Source: Candidatus Cloacimonadales bacterium (lineage in GTDB: Bacteria; Cloacimonadota; Cloacimonadia; Cloacimonadales; JAFGVF01). From it: a stretch of DNA of 64,000 nucleotides. The first letter of the stretch is position 1. Every line of letters begins with the position of its first letter. This document shows positions 1-10,013 of the stretch, one piece after another. Location of the stretch: positions 1,984,001 to 2,048,000 of the forward strand of contig CAXXJV010000001.1 of the NCBI GenBank assembly GCA_963663475.2. Reading direction: 5' to 3'. Made by a program: the position numbers and the translations under genes. The notes under the pieces were generated by a model. It had not been told where the DNA came from and searched no databases. It worked only from the letters and a program-made list of their open reading frames with translations.

Positions 1-1330
1 CTTCTGTACCATTAACGTCAATTCTTCCCTGTACAGATATTTTTCCAGAGGCAGTTGCTTTTATGACATTGTTTTGAGGAATGGTCAAAGTAGATGTAGC
101 ATCAACTGTTAATGTTCCAGTAAGAATTAGAGGAAAACCAATTTCGTCCTCTCCTAAAGTTATGTCTTCATTAATATTACCATTTATTCCAAAGGCATTA
201 ATTAGGTTTCCAGAACCTGAATTGTCTGAGTAGCTGTTTACCTCAGTATTAAAAAGATAAGCTGCATATCCATTATTATCAGTAATGTTACAGTTATCGA
301 TATCAATAGGACCATTTCCATAAATGCCAGAATCTTCATTGTTAGTAAAGCTACTATTAGAAACAGTAAGATTGCTACTAAAGCTTTCTAAACCATAGCT
401 TGAACTAAACTCACTAGAACTATTATTAAAGTAACCAGAATCAGAGTCGCGATAATAAATATTTCCATTACCAAAACGACCACCATATCTAAGTGAACAA
501 TAATCAAATTCCCCTATAGAAGGACTATCATTATAGCTATAGCATTCTATTCCCTTCCAGTCTCCTGCTTGAGGATTACCTGTAGAAATTCCATATACTT
601 GACCTATGCTATCATCATTAATTGAAGTAAAATAAACAGGATTAGCTTCTGTACCATTAACATCAATTGTTCCACGGACAGATATTTTTCCAGAGGCAGT
701 TGCTTTTATGACATTGTTTTGAGGAATGGTCAAAGTAGATGTAGCATCAACTGTTAATGTTCCAGTAAGAATTAGAGGAAAACCAATTTCGTCCTCTCCT
801 AAAGTTATGTCTTCATTAATATTACCATTAATACCAAAAGCATTTACCAGATTTCCTGATCCTGAATTACCTGAGTAGCTGTTTACCTCAGTATTAAAAA
901 GATAGGCAGCATAACCATTATTATTATTAAATATACAGTTATCGATATCAATACTACCCTGAGCATAAATGCCAGAATCTTCATTGTTAGTAAAACTACT
1001 ATTAAAAACAGTAAGATTACTGCTTTGGCTTTTTATACCATAGCTTGAACCAAACTCACTGGAACTATTATTAAAATAGCCTAAATCAGAATCGCTATAA
1101 TAAAGATTTCCGTTACCAAAACGACCACCATATCTAAGTGAACAATAATCAAATTCCCCTATAGAAGGACTATCATTATAGCTATAACATTCTACTCCTT
1201 TCCAATCTCCTGCTTGAGGATTACCTGTCGAAAGACTAATCGTTTCTCCTACTGAGTTGTCATTAACTGAAGTAAAATATACATGACCTGTTTCTGTGCC
1301 ATTAACATCAATTCTCCCAAATACCCTAAT
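1..1330. repeat. Intragenic tandem repeat, period 645 bp (215 codons)
   Basis: The motif (c/t)ttctgt(a/g)ccattaac recurs at 1, 646 and 1291. The first two units are near-identical in DNA. Confidence 0.9.
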
Positions 1331-1537
1331 GCTACCAGATGGTGCAAATTTTAGAACAACATTCGCATTTACTGTTAATACTCCAGTATCTGAAACAGTA
1401 CAAACATCATTCACATAATAAGTACCTTCAGAAAGAACCATGTCAGAAAGATCACCTGTCAATATAGAATAACCTGTTACTAAAACAGGAAAAAGTACCA
1501 GTAGTAAAGAAAGAAAGAAAAGTTTGAATATTTTCAT
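1..1537 (-). CDS. Secreted right-handed beta-helix repeat protein, 5' part only (runs off the left edge; absent from the ORF track)
   Basis: ATG at 1537 with AAGGA upstream. Signal peptide MKIFKLFFLSLLLVLFPVLVTG. The frame stays open to position 1. 215-aa repeats contain 'GNPQAGDWKG' and 'FDYCSLRYGG'. Confidence 0.85.
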   Translation of the reverse strand, partial: MKIFKLFFLSLLLVLFPVLVTGYSILTGDLSDMVLSEGTYYVNDVCTVSDTGVLTVNANVVLKFAPSGSIRVFGRIDVNGTETGHVYFTSVNDNSVGETISLSTGNPQAGDWKGVECYSYNDSPSIGEFDYCSLRYGGRFGNGNLYYSDSDLGYFNNSSSEFGSSYGIKSQSSNLTVFNSSFTNNEDSGIYAQGSIDIDNCIFNNNNGYAAYLFNTEVNSYSGNSGSGNLVNAFGINGNINEDITLGEDEIGFPLILTGTLTVDATSTLTIPQNNVIKATASGKISVRGTIDVNGTEANPVYFTSINDDSIGQVYGISTGNPQAGDWKGIECYSYNDSPSIGEFDYCSLRYGGRFGNGNIYYRDSDSGYFNNSSSEFSSSYGLESFSSNLTVSNSSFTNNEDSGIYGNGPIDIDNCNITDNNGYAAYLFNTEVNSYSDNSGSGNLINAFGINGNINEDITLGEDEIGFPLILTGTLTVDATSTLTIPQNNVIKATASGKISVQGRIDVNGTE

Positions 1538-1728
1538 GTTTTTAATCCTTTTATTATCGATTATAGATTTAAAATTCTGTGATTATAACTAATGTGCAAT
1601 TTATAAGATTTTAAGAAATCTATGTCTTTTGAGTCTGTTTATAGATAAACATAACTCTTAATTTAAAAAAATGAAGTTGTTTTATTTTAGTCAATCATTT
1701 TTTTGAAAAAGCATTATGAAGAGATGAT

Positions 1729-1790
1729 GACTTGTTAAAATAACAAGCTATTTCTTCCAGCTATTTATTCTTAAAGAACTTAATAATTTT
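1729..1790. repeat. Degenerate end fragment of the GAGACTGTT-type MITE
   Basis: gacttgttaaaataacaagctatttcttccagctatttattcttaaagaact resembles 48671-48720 and the reverse complement of 31500-31554. Confidence 0.4.
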
Positions 1791-1942
1791 TTGAACATCA
1801 AGAGGTTTATATTTTGTTCATCAACAATTAGAAATATAACAAACAAGTTGAAATAGATAAAAAGAATATACAAGCAAAAAAACTTGACTAATTTTTAATA
1901 AACACATATTTTTAAATATGAAAGATTTAAAAGGAGAGAAAT

Positions 1943-4900
1943 ATGAGAATTAAAAGCACATTTGTTATTTTTTTTGTTATAGTATTATCTTTTAATACAC
2001 TACTGTTAGCACAAGCTTCGACTCCACCATCAAATTATACTACAAGTGATGGTTCTGAGGAATCTCCCTACTTCATCTCTTCATTAGAAAATCTTATTTG
2101 GCTTTCTCAAACTTCTAGTGATTGGGATAAGAATTTTATCCAAACCACTAACCTTAGCTTTAATGAAGACGAAACCCTAGTTGATTGGGATGGTGATGGA
2201 ACTATTGGTGATGCTGATGATGCTCAAGGTTTCTCTTCCATTGGAAACATATCAGTTTATTTTACAGGCTCATATAATGGTAACGGACATACAATAAGTA
2301 ACTTATACATTTCAGACTTGAGTAATTATCAAGGAATGTTTGGAGTCTTATCCACTGCTAATGTTGAAAAACTAGGTCTGATAAATGTTCATATTGACCT
2401 TGCCCAGCATGCAGAAGATTTACAATATGCAGGTGGACTTGTAGGCCTACTATATCAATCAGCAGTTATTCAATGCTATGTCTCTGGTCAGATAAATGCA
2501 GGCTTCTATGATTTTGTAGGAGGAATAGTAGGTAAATCAGATTATTATTCTATAATCGCAAATTCTTACAATCTTGCCAGTATTTATGGCTATGCGAGTG
2601 TGGGAGGTATCTGTGGTGGTAACTGTTCTAGTTCTACTATAATTAAATGTTACAACAATGGATATACCCTTGGTAGGACTAGCAACTATGTTAATGCGCT
2701 GGCTGGGAATCTCCTAGCGAGTGGTCAGATAACCGATTCTTATTGGAACACTGATACTACAGGACAGACAACACAGCCTGTAGGTGGTCAAGGGAAAACT
2801 AGTCTAGAAATGCAATTGCAGGGTAATTATGCTAATTGGGATTTTATGGAAGAAAGTAGCAATGGGACAGACAATACTTGGGGAATTAGTCCTATTGAAA
2901 ACGGTGGATTCCCTTTCTTAACATGGCAGGCTTATGAGCATTATGCCATAGCACCAACTGGAAGTGGAACTGAAGCAAATCCATATCAAATATCCACTCT
3001 AGCTAATTTGTACTGGTTATCTCAAAATTCTCAAGAATGGAACAAGTATTATGTGCAGAACAATGATATTAATGTAGCATTAGCAGCAAGCTGGTATGAT
3101 AATGCTGGTTTTTTCCCTATAGGAAACGAAAATACATGCTTTGCTGGTCATTATGAAGGCAACAATCATACAATTAGTAATTTGACTATCGCCAGAAATG
3201 AGCAAAACTATATAGGTCTATTTGGTACTACAGATGGAGCTACTATTGAAAATCTAAGCATGACTCATGTAAATATTATCGGCAATGCTTATATTGGTGC
3301 TTTAGCAGGTAAAATAACTTCAACACTAGTGAAAGGCTGTCATAGTAATGGAATCCTCCAAGGAGCATCTATTGGTGGATTGATAGGCTATAATGCCTCT
3401 TCTTCAGAAATTAGCCACTGTTATAATGAAGCCACTCTAGATGGCCATGGTACTGTTGGAGGCTTGGTAGGTCTAAACGAAGGACTTGTGCAATTTTGCT
3501 ACAATATAGGAAATGTTACAGGAACATCACAATATATTGGAGGTCTCATCGGAATTAGCAATTATATAACTAAATATTGCTATAATACAGGCCAAGTTAA
3601 TGGATATGAAAATGTCGGTGGTCTTATTGGCTATGGTTTCGCGAATAATTGTTACAATATTGGACAAGTGTCTGGTCATGACTATGTTGGGGGACTCCTT
3701 GGATATGGTAGTGCTTCTTACTGCTACAATGCAGGACAAGTAAATTGTACAACTGCTTATGCCCATAAAGGTGGCTTAACAGGGCATAGTACTAGTTCTA
3801 CAACTGCATGCTATTACGACAAAAACACATCAGGTCAAAGTTCTGATGGAGGCTCTAGTACTGGACTAACAACTATGGAAATGCAAATGGAATATCAGTA
3901 TAGAGGGGATTATTCCTATCAAAGTGATTGGGATTTTATGGGTGAAAGCGAAAATGGGACACTTGATATATGGGGGATAAGTCCTCTTGTGAATGATGGT
4001 TATCCATTTCTATCTTGGCAGGGATTTCAACACTATGGCACCCAACCAGAAGGTTCTGGTACAGAAGCTATTCCATACATAGTGGACGAACTTGCTGATC
4101 TATATTGGATATCACAAAAAACTGAACGTTGGGCTAATCATTACATTCAATCTTGTGATATTAATGCTTCAGCAACCTATTTCTGGTGCGGAGGAAGTGG
4201 TTTCCTACCTTTTGGAGCAGGAGATGCTAATGATGAGTTTTCAGGATCTTATGATGGTCAAGGACATGAAATTAGTAGCCTATGGATAAACAGGGAACAC
4301 GAATATGAAGTCGGCTTTATTGGAAAATCTGATGCTATTGGTAATGTAGTAGAAAATCTTGGCTTACCTGATGCTTTTATCAAAGGCAAAAAATATGTAG
4401 GTGGTTTTATTGGCTACAGCAATGATGGTGATATTTCTCAATCTTATATTAGTGGAACACTTATTGGTATAGATGATTATGTAGGAGGAATAGTAGGATA
4501 TAATCATGGTTCAAACCTTAATAACTGCTATAACCACAGCAATGTTAGTGGTAATAATTATGTTGGTGGTTTGTCTGGGGACTTATCTAAATATATCAAT
4601 AAATGCTATTCCCAAGGGTTGGTTTCTGGAAATGAAAACACTGGTGGCTTGGTTGGTTATTGTTATTTAAGTAACTCTGTGAATGACTCATTTTGGGACA
4701 TTGAAACATCAGGACAGTTTTCTAGTGAATGGGGTATAGGTAAAACAACAGCAGAAATGACAAGTCAAAGTACCTATGGCGATGCTGGTTGGGACTTTAC
4801 CTCTTCAATCTGGCAAATTGACCAATCAGAGAATGATGGTTATCCCTATTTGACATGGCAATTAAACGAGGAACCACCACCTCTAGGGCTTGAACCAACA

Positions 4901-6976
4901 GGTAATCCAAGACAAGTTTCGACTTTAGATCACTTGTTATGGATTTGCAACAATAATTCTTCATGGGGCGACAGCTTTATACTGACTGCAGATATAGATG
5001 CCAGTCCTACTTCTAGTTGGAATAATGGAGCAGGATTTTCTCCTATTGGCACAAGTTCTACTGCTTTCTCAGGTACTTTTAATGGAGATAATTTTGTAAT
5101 ATCTAATTTAGTTATTAATCGTCCCAATCAAGACTATCTAGGTCTCTTTGGATACCTTAGTAATGGAACACTAAACAATATAAGCTTAGAAAATATAGAC
5201 ATTACTGGAAATCAGCAAATTGGAGGCCTGGTAGGATATTTAGCTGGTACTAGCAATATCTCTTCATGCCATGTTACTGGTTCTGTTTCTGCAGTATATA
5301 GACTTGGCGGTGTAATTGGTTATGATTACATGTCGGGAAATGGAATCATTGAAGAATCGTCATTTAATGGAGCATTAGTGGCAAGTGGTGGCAATAGCGG
5401 AGTTGGTGGTTTTATCGGTGAGAAATCTGGTAATAGTATAATTCAGAAGTGTAGTGCAGAGGGTACTATTACTGCTGCAGGTAGAAATTGCGGTGGTTTT
5501 GTAGGTTGGCTTGATGAAGGCCAAGTGAATGAATCTTATTCTAATGTAAATATTACTAATAATACTTCATCAAATGGACGTATAGGTGGATTTGCTGGAG
5601 CTTTATCTTACTATAGTGGTAGAGCTGGTGAAATAAACAATTGCTATTCTAAAGGAAGTGTTAATGTTCCTAATTCTACAAATACTTCTAGTTATGGTAT
5701 AGGTGCTTTTGTAGGAGCATATTATGCTAATGGTGATAACAAAGTTTATAATTCTTATGCAAGTGGTTTAGTTAACGCTCCTAATGCAGCAAGCTATGTT
5801 GGTGGCTTTAGTGGTGAAGACCATAGTGGCTCAATATGTGGAAGTGGTAATTTCTGGGATCAAGAAACTACTAATATGGATTGGAGTGGTTGTGAAGGTT
5901 TGGGTGAGATAGGTAAAACCACACCTGATATGAAGATACAAAATACTTTTTTAAATGCTGATTGGAATTTTACTCATATCTGGAAAATTGATGGTCTTAA
6001 TAATGAGGGATATCCATACTTGCAATGGCAGAATTATTTTGATTTCCCAGCAGGTGAAACTACAGATTTAGGGGGAGGAGTTTCCATAATCGCAACAGTT
6101 GATTTGAACTTAGCAGATGACCAAACAATTCCAGAAAGTCCTAATGGTCATTTTACACCTGAAAGAGAATTTGTTCTCACTGGAAATGGAATCGGGAATA
6201 TTTCATTTAATACAAGCTATCATTATGGTGCATACTATCGAAATGGGAATTGGTATATAGAAGAGAATAGCGGAGGCATTATAGAATTTGTAAGTATAGA
6301 TTTTGATGCTAAAGGAGACCTACCATTTGCTTTCGGTGATGAAAGCTCGCTTCCTGTAAATCTTTCATCATTTACTGCTATTTACTCAAACTCCACCTTG
6401 ACTATTAATTGGGTTACTCAAAGTGAAAGTAATAATTTGGGTTGGAAAATTTATCGTAGCCAAAGCAATGATGTTAATGAAGCATTTTTACTAAACTATG
6501 ACTTAATTGAAGGAGCTGCTACTACAACCGAAACAACAGAATATGCCTTTGTAGATCCTTATCCTGTTGATCTTGCCAGTGATTATTGGTTTTGGTTGGA
6601 AAGTATAAACTTTAATGGTGAAAGTGAATTCCATGGTCCAGCTCAATTAACAATTACACCTGACAATAATCAAGAAGATACTCCAGAAATTCCTAAAATC
6701 TATGGACTATGTCAAAATTATCCTAATCCCTTTAATCCATCAACAACAATTAGTTTGACTCTCAGGGAAACAGATAATTGTGAATTATCAATTTATAATA
6801 TTAAGGGTAGAAAAGTAAAAACCCTCTTCCACGGAAAAGTTCAAGCTGATAAAATCTATAATTTCACTTGGGACGGAACTGATAATCAGGGGAAAAATGT
6901 AGCTTCAGGCATCTACCTTTATAAAATGCAAACTGGGAAAAATATTCAAACTAAAAAGATGATAATTCAAAAATAA
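1943..6976 (+). CDS. Secreted GLUG-motif repeat surface protein with FlgD-Ig/T9SS-type CTD
   Basis: AGGAG RBS and signal peptide. Four modules begin with variants of 'G.GT...PY.I..L..L.W' and contain many 'GGLVG/GGIVG' motifs. Ends with an 'LPVNLSSFTA' domain and a 'QNYPNPFNP...WDGTD...VASGIY' CTD. Confidence 0.9.
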   Translation: MRIKSTFVIFFVIVLSFNTLLLAQASTPPSNYTTSDGSEESPYFISSLENLIWLSQTSSDWDKNFIQTTNLSFNEDETLVDWDGDGTIGDADDAQGFSSIGNISVYFTGSYNGNGHTISNLYISDLSNYQGMFGVLSTANVEKLGLINVHIDLAQHAEDLQYAGGLVGLLYQSAVIQCYVSGQINAGFYDFVGGIVGKSDYYSIIANSYNLASIYGYASVGGICGGNCSSSTIIKCYNNGYTLGRTSNYVNALAGNLLASGQITDSYWNTDTTGQTTQPVGGQGKTSLEMQLQGNYANWDFMEESSNGTDNTWGISPIENGGFPFLTWQAYEHYAIAPTGSGTEANPYQISTLANLYWLSQNSQEWNKYYVQNNDINVALAASWYDNAGFFPIGNENTCFAGHYEGNNHTISNLTIARNEQNYIGLFGTTDGATIENLSMTHVNIIGNAYIGALAGKITSTLVKGCHSNGILQGASIGGLIGYNASSSEISHCYNEATLDGHGTVGGLVGLNEGLVQFCYNIGNVTGTSQYIGGLIGISNYITKYCYNTGQVNGYENVGGLIGYGFANNCYNIGQVSGHDYVGGLLGYGSASYCYNAGQVNCTTAYAHKGGLTGHSTSSTTACYYDKNTSGQSSDGGSSTGLTTMEMQMEYQYRGDYSYQSDWDFMGESENGTLDIWGISPLVNDGYPFLSWQGFQHYGTQPEGSGTEAIPYIVDELADLYWISQKTERWANHYIQSCDINASATYFWCGGSGFLPFGAGDANDEFSGSYDGQGHEISSLWINREHEYEVGFIGKSDAIGNVVENLGLPDAFIKGKKYVGGFIGYSNDGDISQSYISGTLIGIDDYVGGIVGYNHGSNLNNCYNHSNVSGNNYVGGLSGDLSKYINKCYSQGLVSGNENTGGLVGYCYLSNSVNDSFWDIETSGQFSSEWGIGKTTAEMTSQSTYGDAGWDFTSSIWQIDQSENDGYPYLTWQLNEEPPPLGLEPTGNPRQVSTLDHLLWICNNNSSWGDSFILTADIDASPTSSWNNGAGFSPIGTSSTAFSGTFNGDNFVISNLVINRPNQDYLGLFGYLSNGTLNNISLENIDITGNQQIGGLVGYLAGTSNISSCHVTGSVSAVYRLGGVIGYDYMSGNGIIEESSFNGALVASGGNSGVGGFIGEKSGNSIIQKCSAEGTITAAGRNCGGFVGWLDEGQVNESYSNVNITNNTSSNGRIGGFAGALSYYSGRAGEINNCYSKGSVNVPNSTNTSSYGIGAFVGAYYANGDNKVYNSYASGLVNAPNAASYVGGFSGEDHSGSICGSGNFWDQETTNMDWSGCEGLGEIGKTTPDMKIQNTFLNADWNFTHIWKIDGLNNEGYPYLQWQNYFDFPAGETTDLGGGVSIIATVDLNLADDQTIPESPNGHFTPEREFVLTGNGIGNISFNTSYHYGAYYRNGNWYIEENSGGIIEFVSIDFDAKGDLPFAFGDESSLPVNLSSFTAIYSNSTLTINWVTQSESNNLGWKIYRSQSNDVNEAFLLNYDLIEGAATTTETTEYAFVDPYPVDLASDYWFWLESINFNGESEFHGPAQLTITPDNNQEDTPEIPKIYGLCQNYPNPFNPSTTISLTLRETDNCELSIYNIKGRKVKTLFHGKVQADKIYNFTWDGTDNQGKNVASGIYLYKMQTGKNIQTKKMIIQK

Positions 6977-7061
6977 CTTATTGGTAAGAAAAGAAGTAAC
7001 TAGCTGATAGGGATAAGAAATAAGTAATAGAATTATAATAGATTATGATTAAGAGCATTAA

Positions 7062-7142
7062 ACCCAATAATGCAATAGATCTTTGAGAATAGCAGAATAT
7101 TCTTTTGCACTCTTCTCTAAAGCTCTATTGCACCATTTGGGT
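7062..7142. mobile_element. Short (81 bp) MITE with ACCC...GGGT termini, IS982-like ends
   Basis: Imperfect TIRs acccaataatgcaataga / tctattgcaccatttgggt. It is an internal-deletion form of 8012-8174. Confidence 0.75.
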
Positions 7143-7244
7143 TAAAAGCTAAACATTTTTTTTCTTGAAATATTATTATGATAATTATTCAATAAAATAA
7201 TTGACAAATTTATAATATTAATTAAAGATTGTAATAATTTCAAA

Positions 7245-7958
7245 TTGGAGATAATTATGAATAGAATTGTTTTGTTACTAATCACCCTAAACGTTTTTAT
7301 TTTAAGTAGTTGTAATTCAGACTCTACAAAGCCTGAGGGCCCTGCATTAATATCAGGCATAGCTAAGAATGCTAATAACGAGATTGTTGAAGGAGCTAAA
7401 ATTGTTTTTGGCTATAGTCTTGAAGAAGTAACACGGCCCATGACAACATTGAGATTAGACTTACCTGAAGCTAGTAATGTTAAAATTTGGATTACTAGAT
7501 ATGCTCAGACTGATACTATAAGAGTACTTTTGGACGAAATTATGGACCAAGGATCTCATTCAGTAGTTTGGGATGGTAAAAATGATATGGGTTTACATGT
7601 TTATAGTTATTCTTATAATTTCCATTTAAAAACAGATGCAGAAGAAAGAGTTATTAAATTTGTTTACTTTGCTGATTATTCTAATGTAACAGGCTCTAAT
7701 GTCCAAAATTTTGAAGCTTGTACAACAACTAATAGCGCTGGAGAATATTCTTTTCCACTTGAAAATCTCTTAATGTTTAAAGATTCAGCCCCAATGGACT
7801 ATACTGATGAAAATGGTAATGTAACTGAAGACGGCTTGCAGTTTTCTCAGTATCTTAAGGTATGGGCTCTTCATCCTGATCATGAAGCAACTTTTGTAGA
7901 TTCAATTTTTGTTAGAGAAGATAAGAGTCTCAAAGTAAATCTTGACTTCGCAGATTAG
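7245..7958 (+). CDS. Lipoprotein with an internal FlgD-Ig-like domain (probable start ATG 7257)
   Basis: Lipobox 'LSSC'. Internal 'HSVVWDGKNDMG' motif. GGAG RBS before 7257. Confidence 0.75.
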   Translation: MEIIMNRIVLLLITLNVFILSSCNSDSTKPEGPALISGIAKNANNEIVEGAKIVFGYSLEEVTRPMTTLRLDLPEASNVKIWITRYAQTDTIRVLLDEIMDQGSHSVVWDGKNDMGLHVYSYSYNFHLKTDAEERVIKFVYFADYSNVTGSNVQNFEACTTTNSAGEYSFPLENLLMFKDSAPMDYTDENGNVTEDGLQFSQYLKVWALHPDHEATFVDSIFVREDKSLKVNLDFAD

Positions 7959-8011
7959 ATTGTAAGCATAATAATTTATAACTTTATTATATATTATTTA
8001 AGGCTACTTAA

Positions 8012-8174
8012 ACCCAAATGGTGCAATAGATCTTTGAGAATAGCAGAATATTCTTTTGCAAAAGTAACTTCCATTATTTCTCCGAATATATAAAATATAT
8101 GCGTCATAATTCTGTAAGCTATTTTGCTAAATGAAGTTGCACTCTTCTCTAAAGCTCTATTGCTCCATTTGGGT
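8012..8174. mobile_element. 163-bp MITE with ACCC...GGGT termini, IS982-like ends
   Basis: 19-bp TIRs acccaaatggtgcaataga / tctattgctccatttgggt (1 mismatch). Flanked by taa on both sides. Related copies at 7062, 12005, 27167, 52047 and 62039. Confidence 0.8.
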
Positions 8175-9557
8175 TAAAGATAGGACATCCTGATTTAAGT
8201 AAAATATATAATATCCATTTTCAAAAGGAATTGCTTCATCAGAAAGAGTAAAATTAAGAGACCAGCTAGAGATGATTTCAGCAAGTAGATTATCCTCTAG
8301 CTTAATCTCCTCTGAGGAACAGGTGAGTGAATAGCGTCCATTTTCACTTTCAATAAATACCTTATTCTGGAAATCAAAGACTACACTTGATTTTGTTTTA
8401 AATTTCAGTCTTTCATTTGATAGTGAAACTTGAAGGTTTTCGCTAGTGTAGATAGGTTTAAAATCTGTTTCATCCACATGAAAAAATATACTTCTAAAGC
8501 TATTATTTTCAACATATTCATCAATAATATCTTTAGTTAACCACCCTAATTCAGTAATTTCAGAGAAGTTCCCACTAGAATTACTATACTTTTTGTAAAG
8601 AGCAAGATATTCTTCTGGGCTATAATGATCAAGCATTACTCTCGTAAGAAGTCCAGCTACAGGATAGCTTATTGATGGGTGTTCTGCCCGAAACTTCTCT
8701 ACATCATAAAAATCTGAATAATTTACCATTCCAGTATCTAATAAGAATTTTCCTGCTAACATAAGACCTTCTCTTGATTGTCCACCTCGACCACCAATAG
8801 CCACTGCTAATCCTTCTTGCAGGAATGTATGGGTGAAAAGTTGGTTACTCTGAAGATAGTAATTAATTAAAAAGTGGGTAACTTCATGAAAGTGAGCTGG
8901 ATATGTAGAAACTATATAATCTTGATTTAAAAGAAAAATGCCTCTAGTTTTATAAGAAGTAAGCACTTCTATGCTTTCTAAATCTGGACAATAAAAATAA
9001 TCTAATTTCCTTATTCTGAGTGAATCTAAGTCGTGTTTCTGTTGCGGAAAATAAGAAAAGAAGGATTCTATTCTCTTATCTAAAATCTGCATTGCTGCCT
9101 GAGGAAGAGGATATGCAGCAGGATAATGATAGGTAAGATATTCTGAATCATTTTCTTGCCAAGCTCGTGTATGGTAATCTACTCGACTTATAACTTCATT
9201 ATCTGAGATGTAGAACTCGAATCCAATTTGGCCATTAACTTCAGTATAATTATGAAAATATGAGTCTTCAACTCGAATCAAAGGGTGACTTACTTTTAGT
9301 TGAGTATTCTCTTGTGAATAGGCTTTTAAAGCCATGTTCCCAATAAGAAACTTTTCATAGGGTATATTATAAGAGATATTATGCTTATTATAAGTATTTA
9401 CTGTGCTTGACCCTAAATAATTATTAATTTTGTGGTGGTCTACCCATACTTGAGCAGAAATATTAACAGGCTCATTAACTATCCCTACAAGCTTTGTAGC
9501 TATATTAGATACAAGCAGGATCAAGATAATTATTATCATATTAGGACCTTTAAGCAT
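8157..9557 (-). CDS. Putative secreted gluzincin (clan MA) metallopeptidase-like protein
   Basis: HExxH ('HEVTH') followed by 'QEGLA'. N-terminal hydrophobic segment. AAGGAG RBS. Confidence 0.65.
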   Translation of the reverse strand: MLKGPNMIIIILILLVSNIATKLVGIVNEPVNISAQVWVDHHKINNYLGSSTVNTYNKHNISYNIPYEKFLIGNMALKAYSQENTQLKVSHPLIRVEDSYFHNYTEVNGQIGFEFYISDNEVISRVDYHTRAWQENDSEYLTYHYPAAYPLPQAAMQILDKRIESFFSYFPQQKHDLDSLRIRKLDYFYCPDLESIEVLTSYKTRGIFLLNQDYIVSTYPAHFHEVTHFLINYYLQSNQLFTHTFLQEGLAVAIGGRGGQSREGLMLAGKFLLDTGMVNYSDFYDVEKFRAEHPSISYPVAGLLTRVMLDHYSPEEYLALYKKYSNSSGNFSEITELGWLTKDIIDEYVENNSFRSIFFHVDETDFKPIYTSENLQVSLSNERLKFKTKSSVVFDFQNKVFIESENGRYSLTCSSEEIKLEDNLLAEIISSWSLNFTLSDEAIPFENGYYIFYLNQDVLSLTQMEQ

Positions 9558-9815
9558 ACTTTCTCCTTAAATTGCAAAGTTTCCATTCCTAGATATTCAT
9601 AACAACACTAATTACTTTGAAGAGTTTTTTCCTTAGACAGGTAGTCAATTTAGATTTATTACTACTAAAGTATGACTAGTAAGAATTGTCAAGTAGTTAA
9701 GAACTTAAATCAAAATAATTATCCATAGCTTCAACTAGCTCCCTTTATCACATGGAAAATTATTTAGATTTTTGTTTGGGATGATTTGGGATTATTATTC
9801 CCCTTAGCATTCATG

Positions 9816-9878
9816 ATCCTTCCTTTACACTCTTTCGATGAAAGTCCAGGTTTCATCGAAAGAGTGTAAAGGAAGGAT
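9816..9878. repeat. Perfect 28-bp palindrome with 7-nt loop (copy 1 of 3)
   Basis: ATCCTTCCTTTACACTCTTTCGATGAAA-gtccagg-TTTCATCGAAAGAGTGTAAAGGAAGGAT. Confidence 0.95.
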
Positions 9879-10013
9879 TAATGATGGATAGGGAGAAAAT
9901 ATATATCTTTGTGGTCTCACTCATATTTTTCTCTTAAAATTAAATTCTTATTTTATCCCAGCCTAAATATTCTTCTTTTCATTAGATTTGACTAAGATAA
10001 AAATATAATAAGA

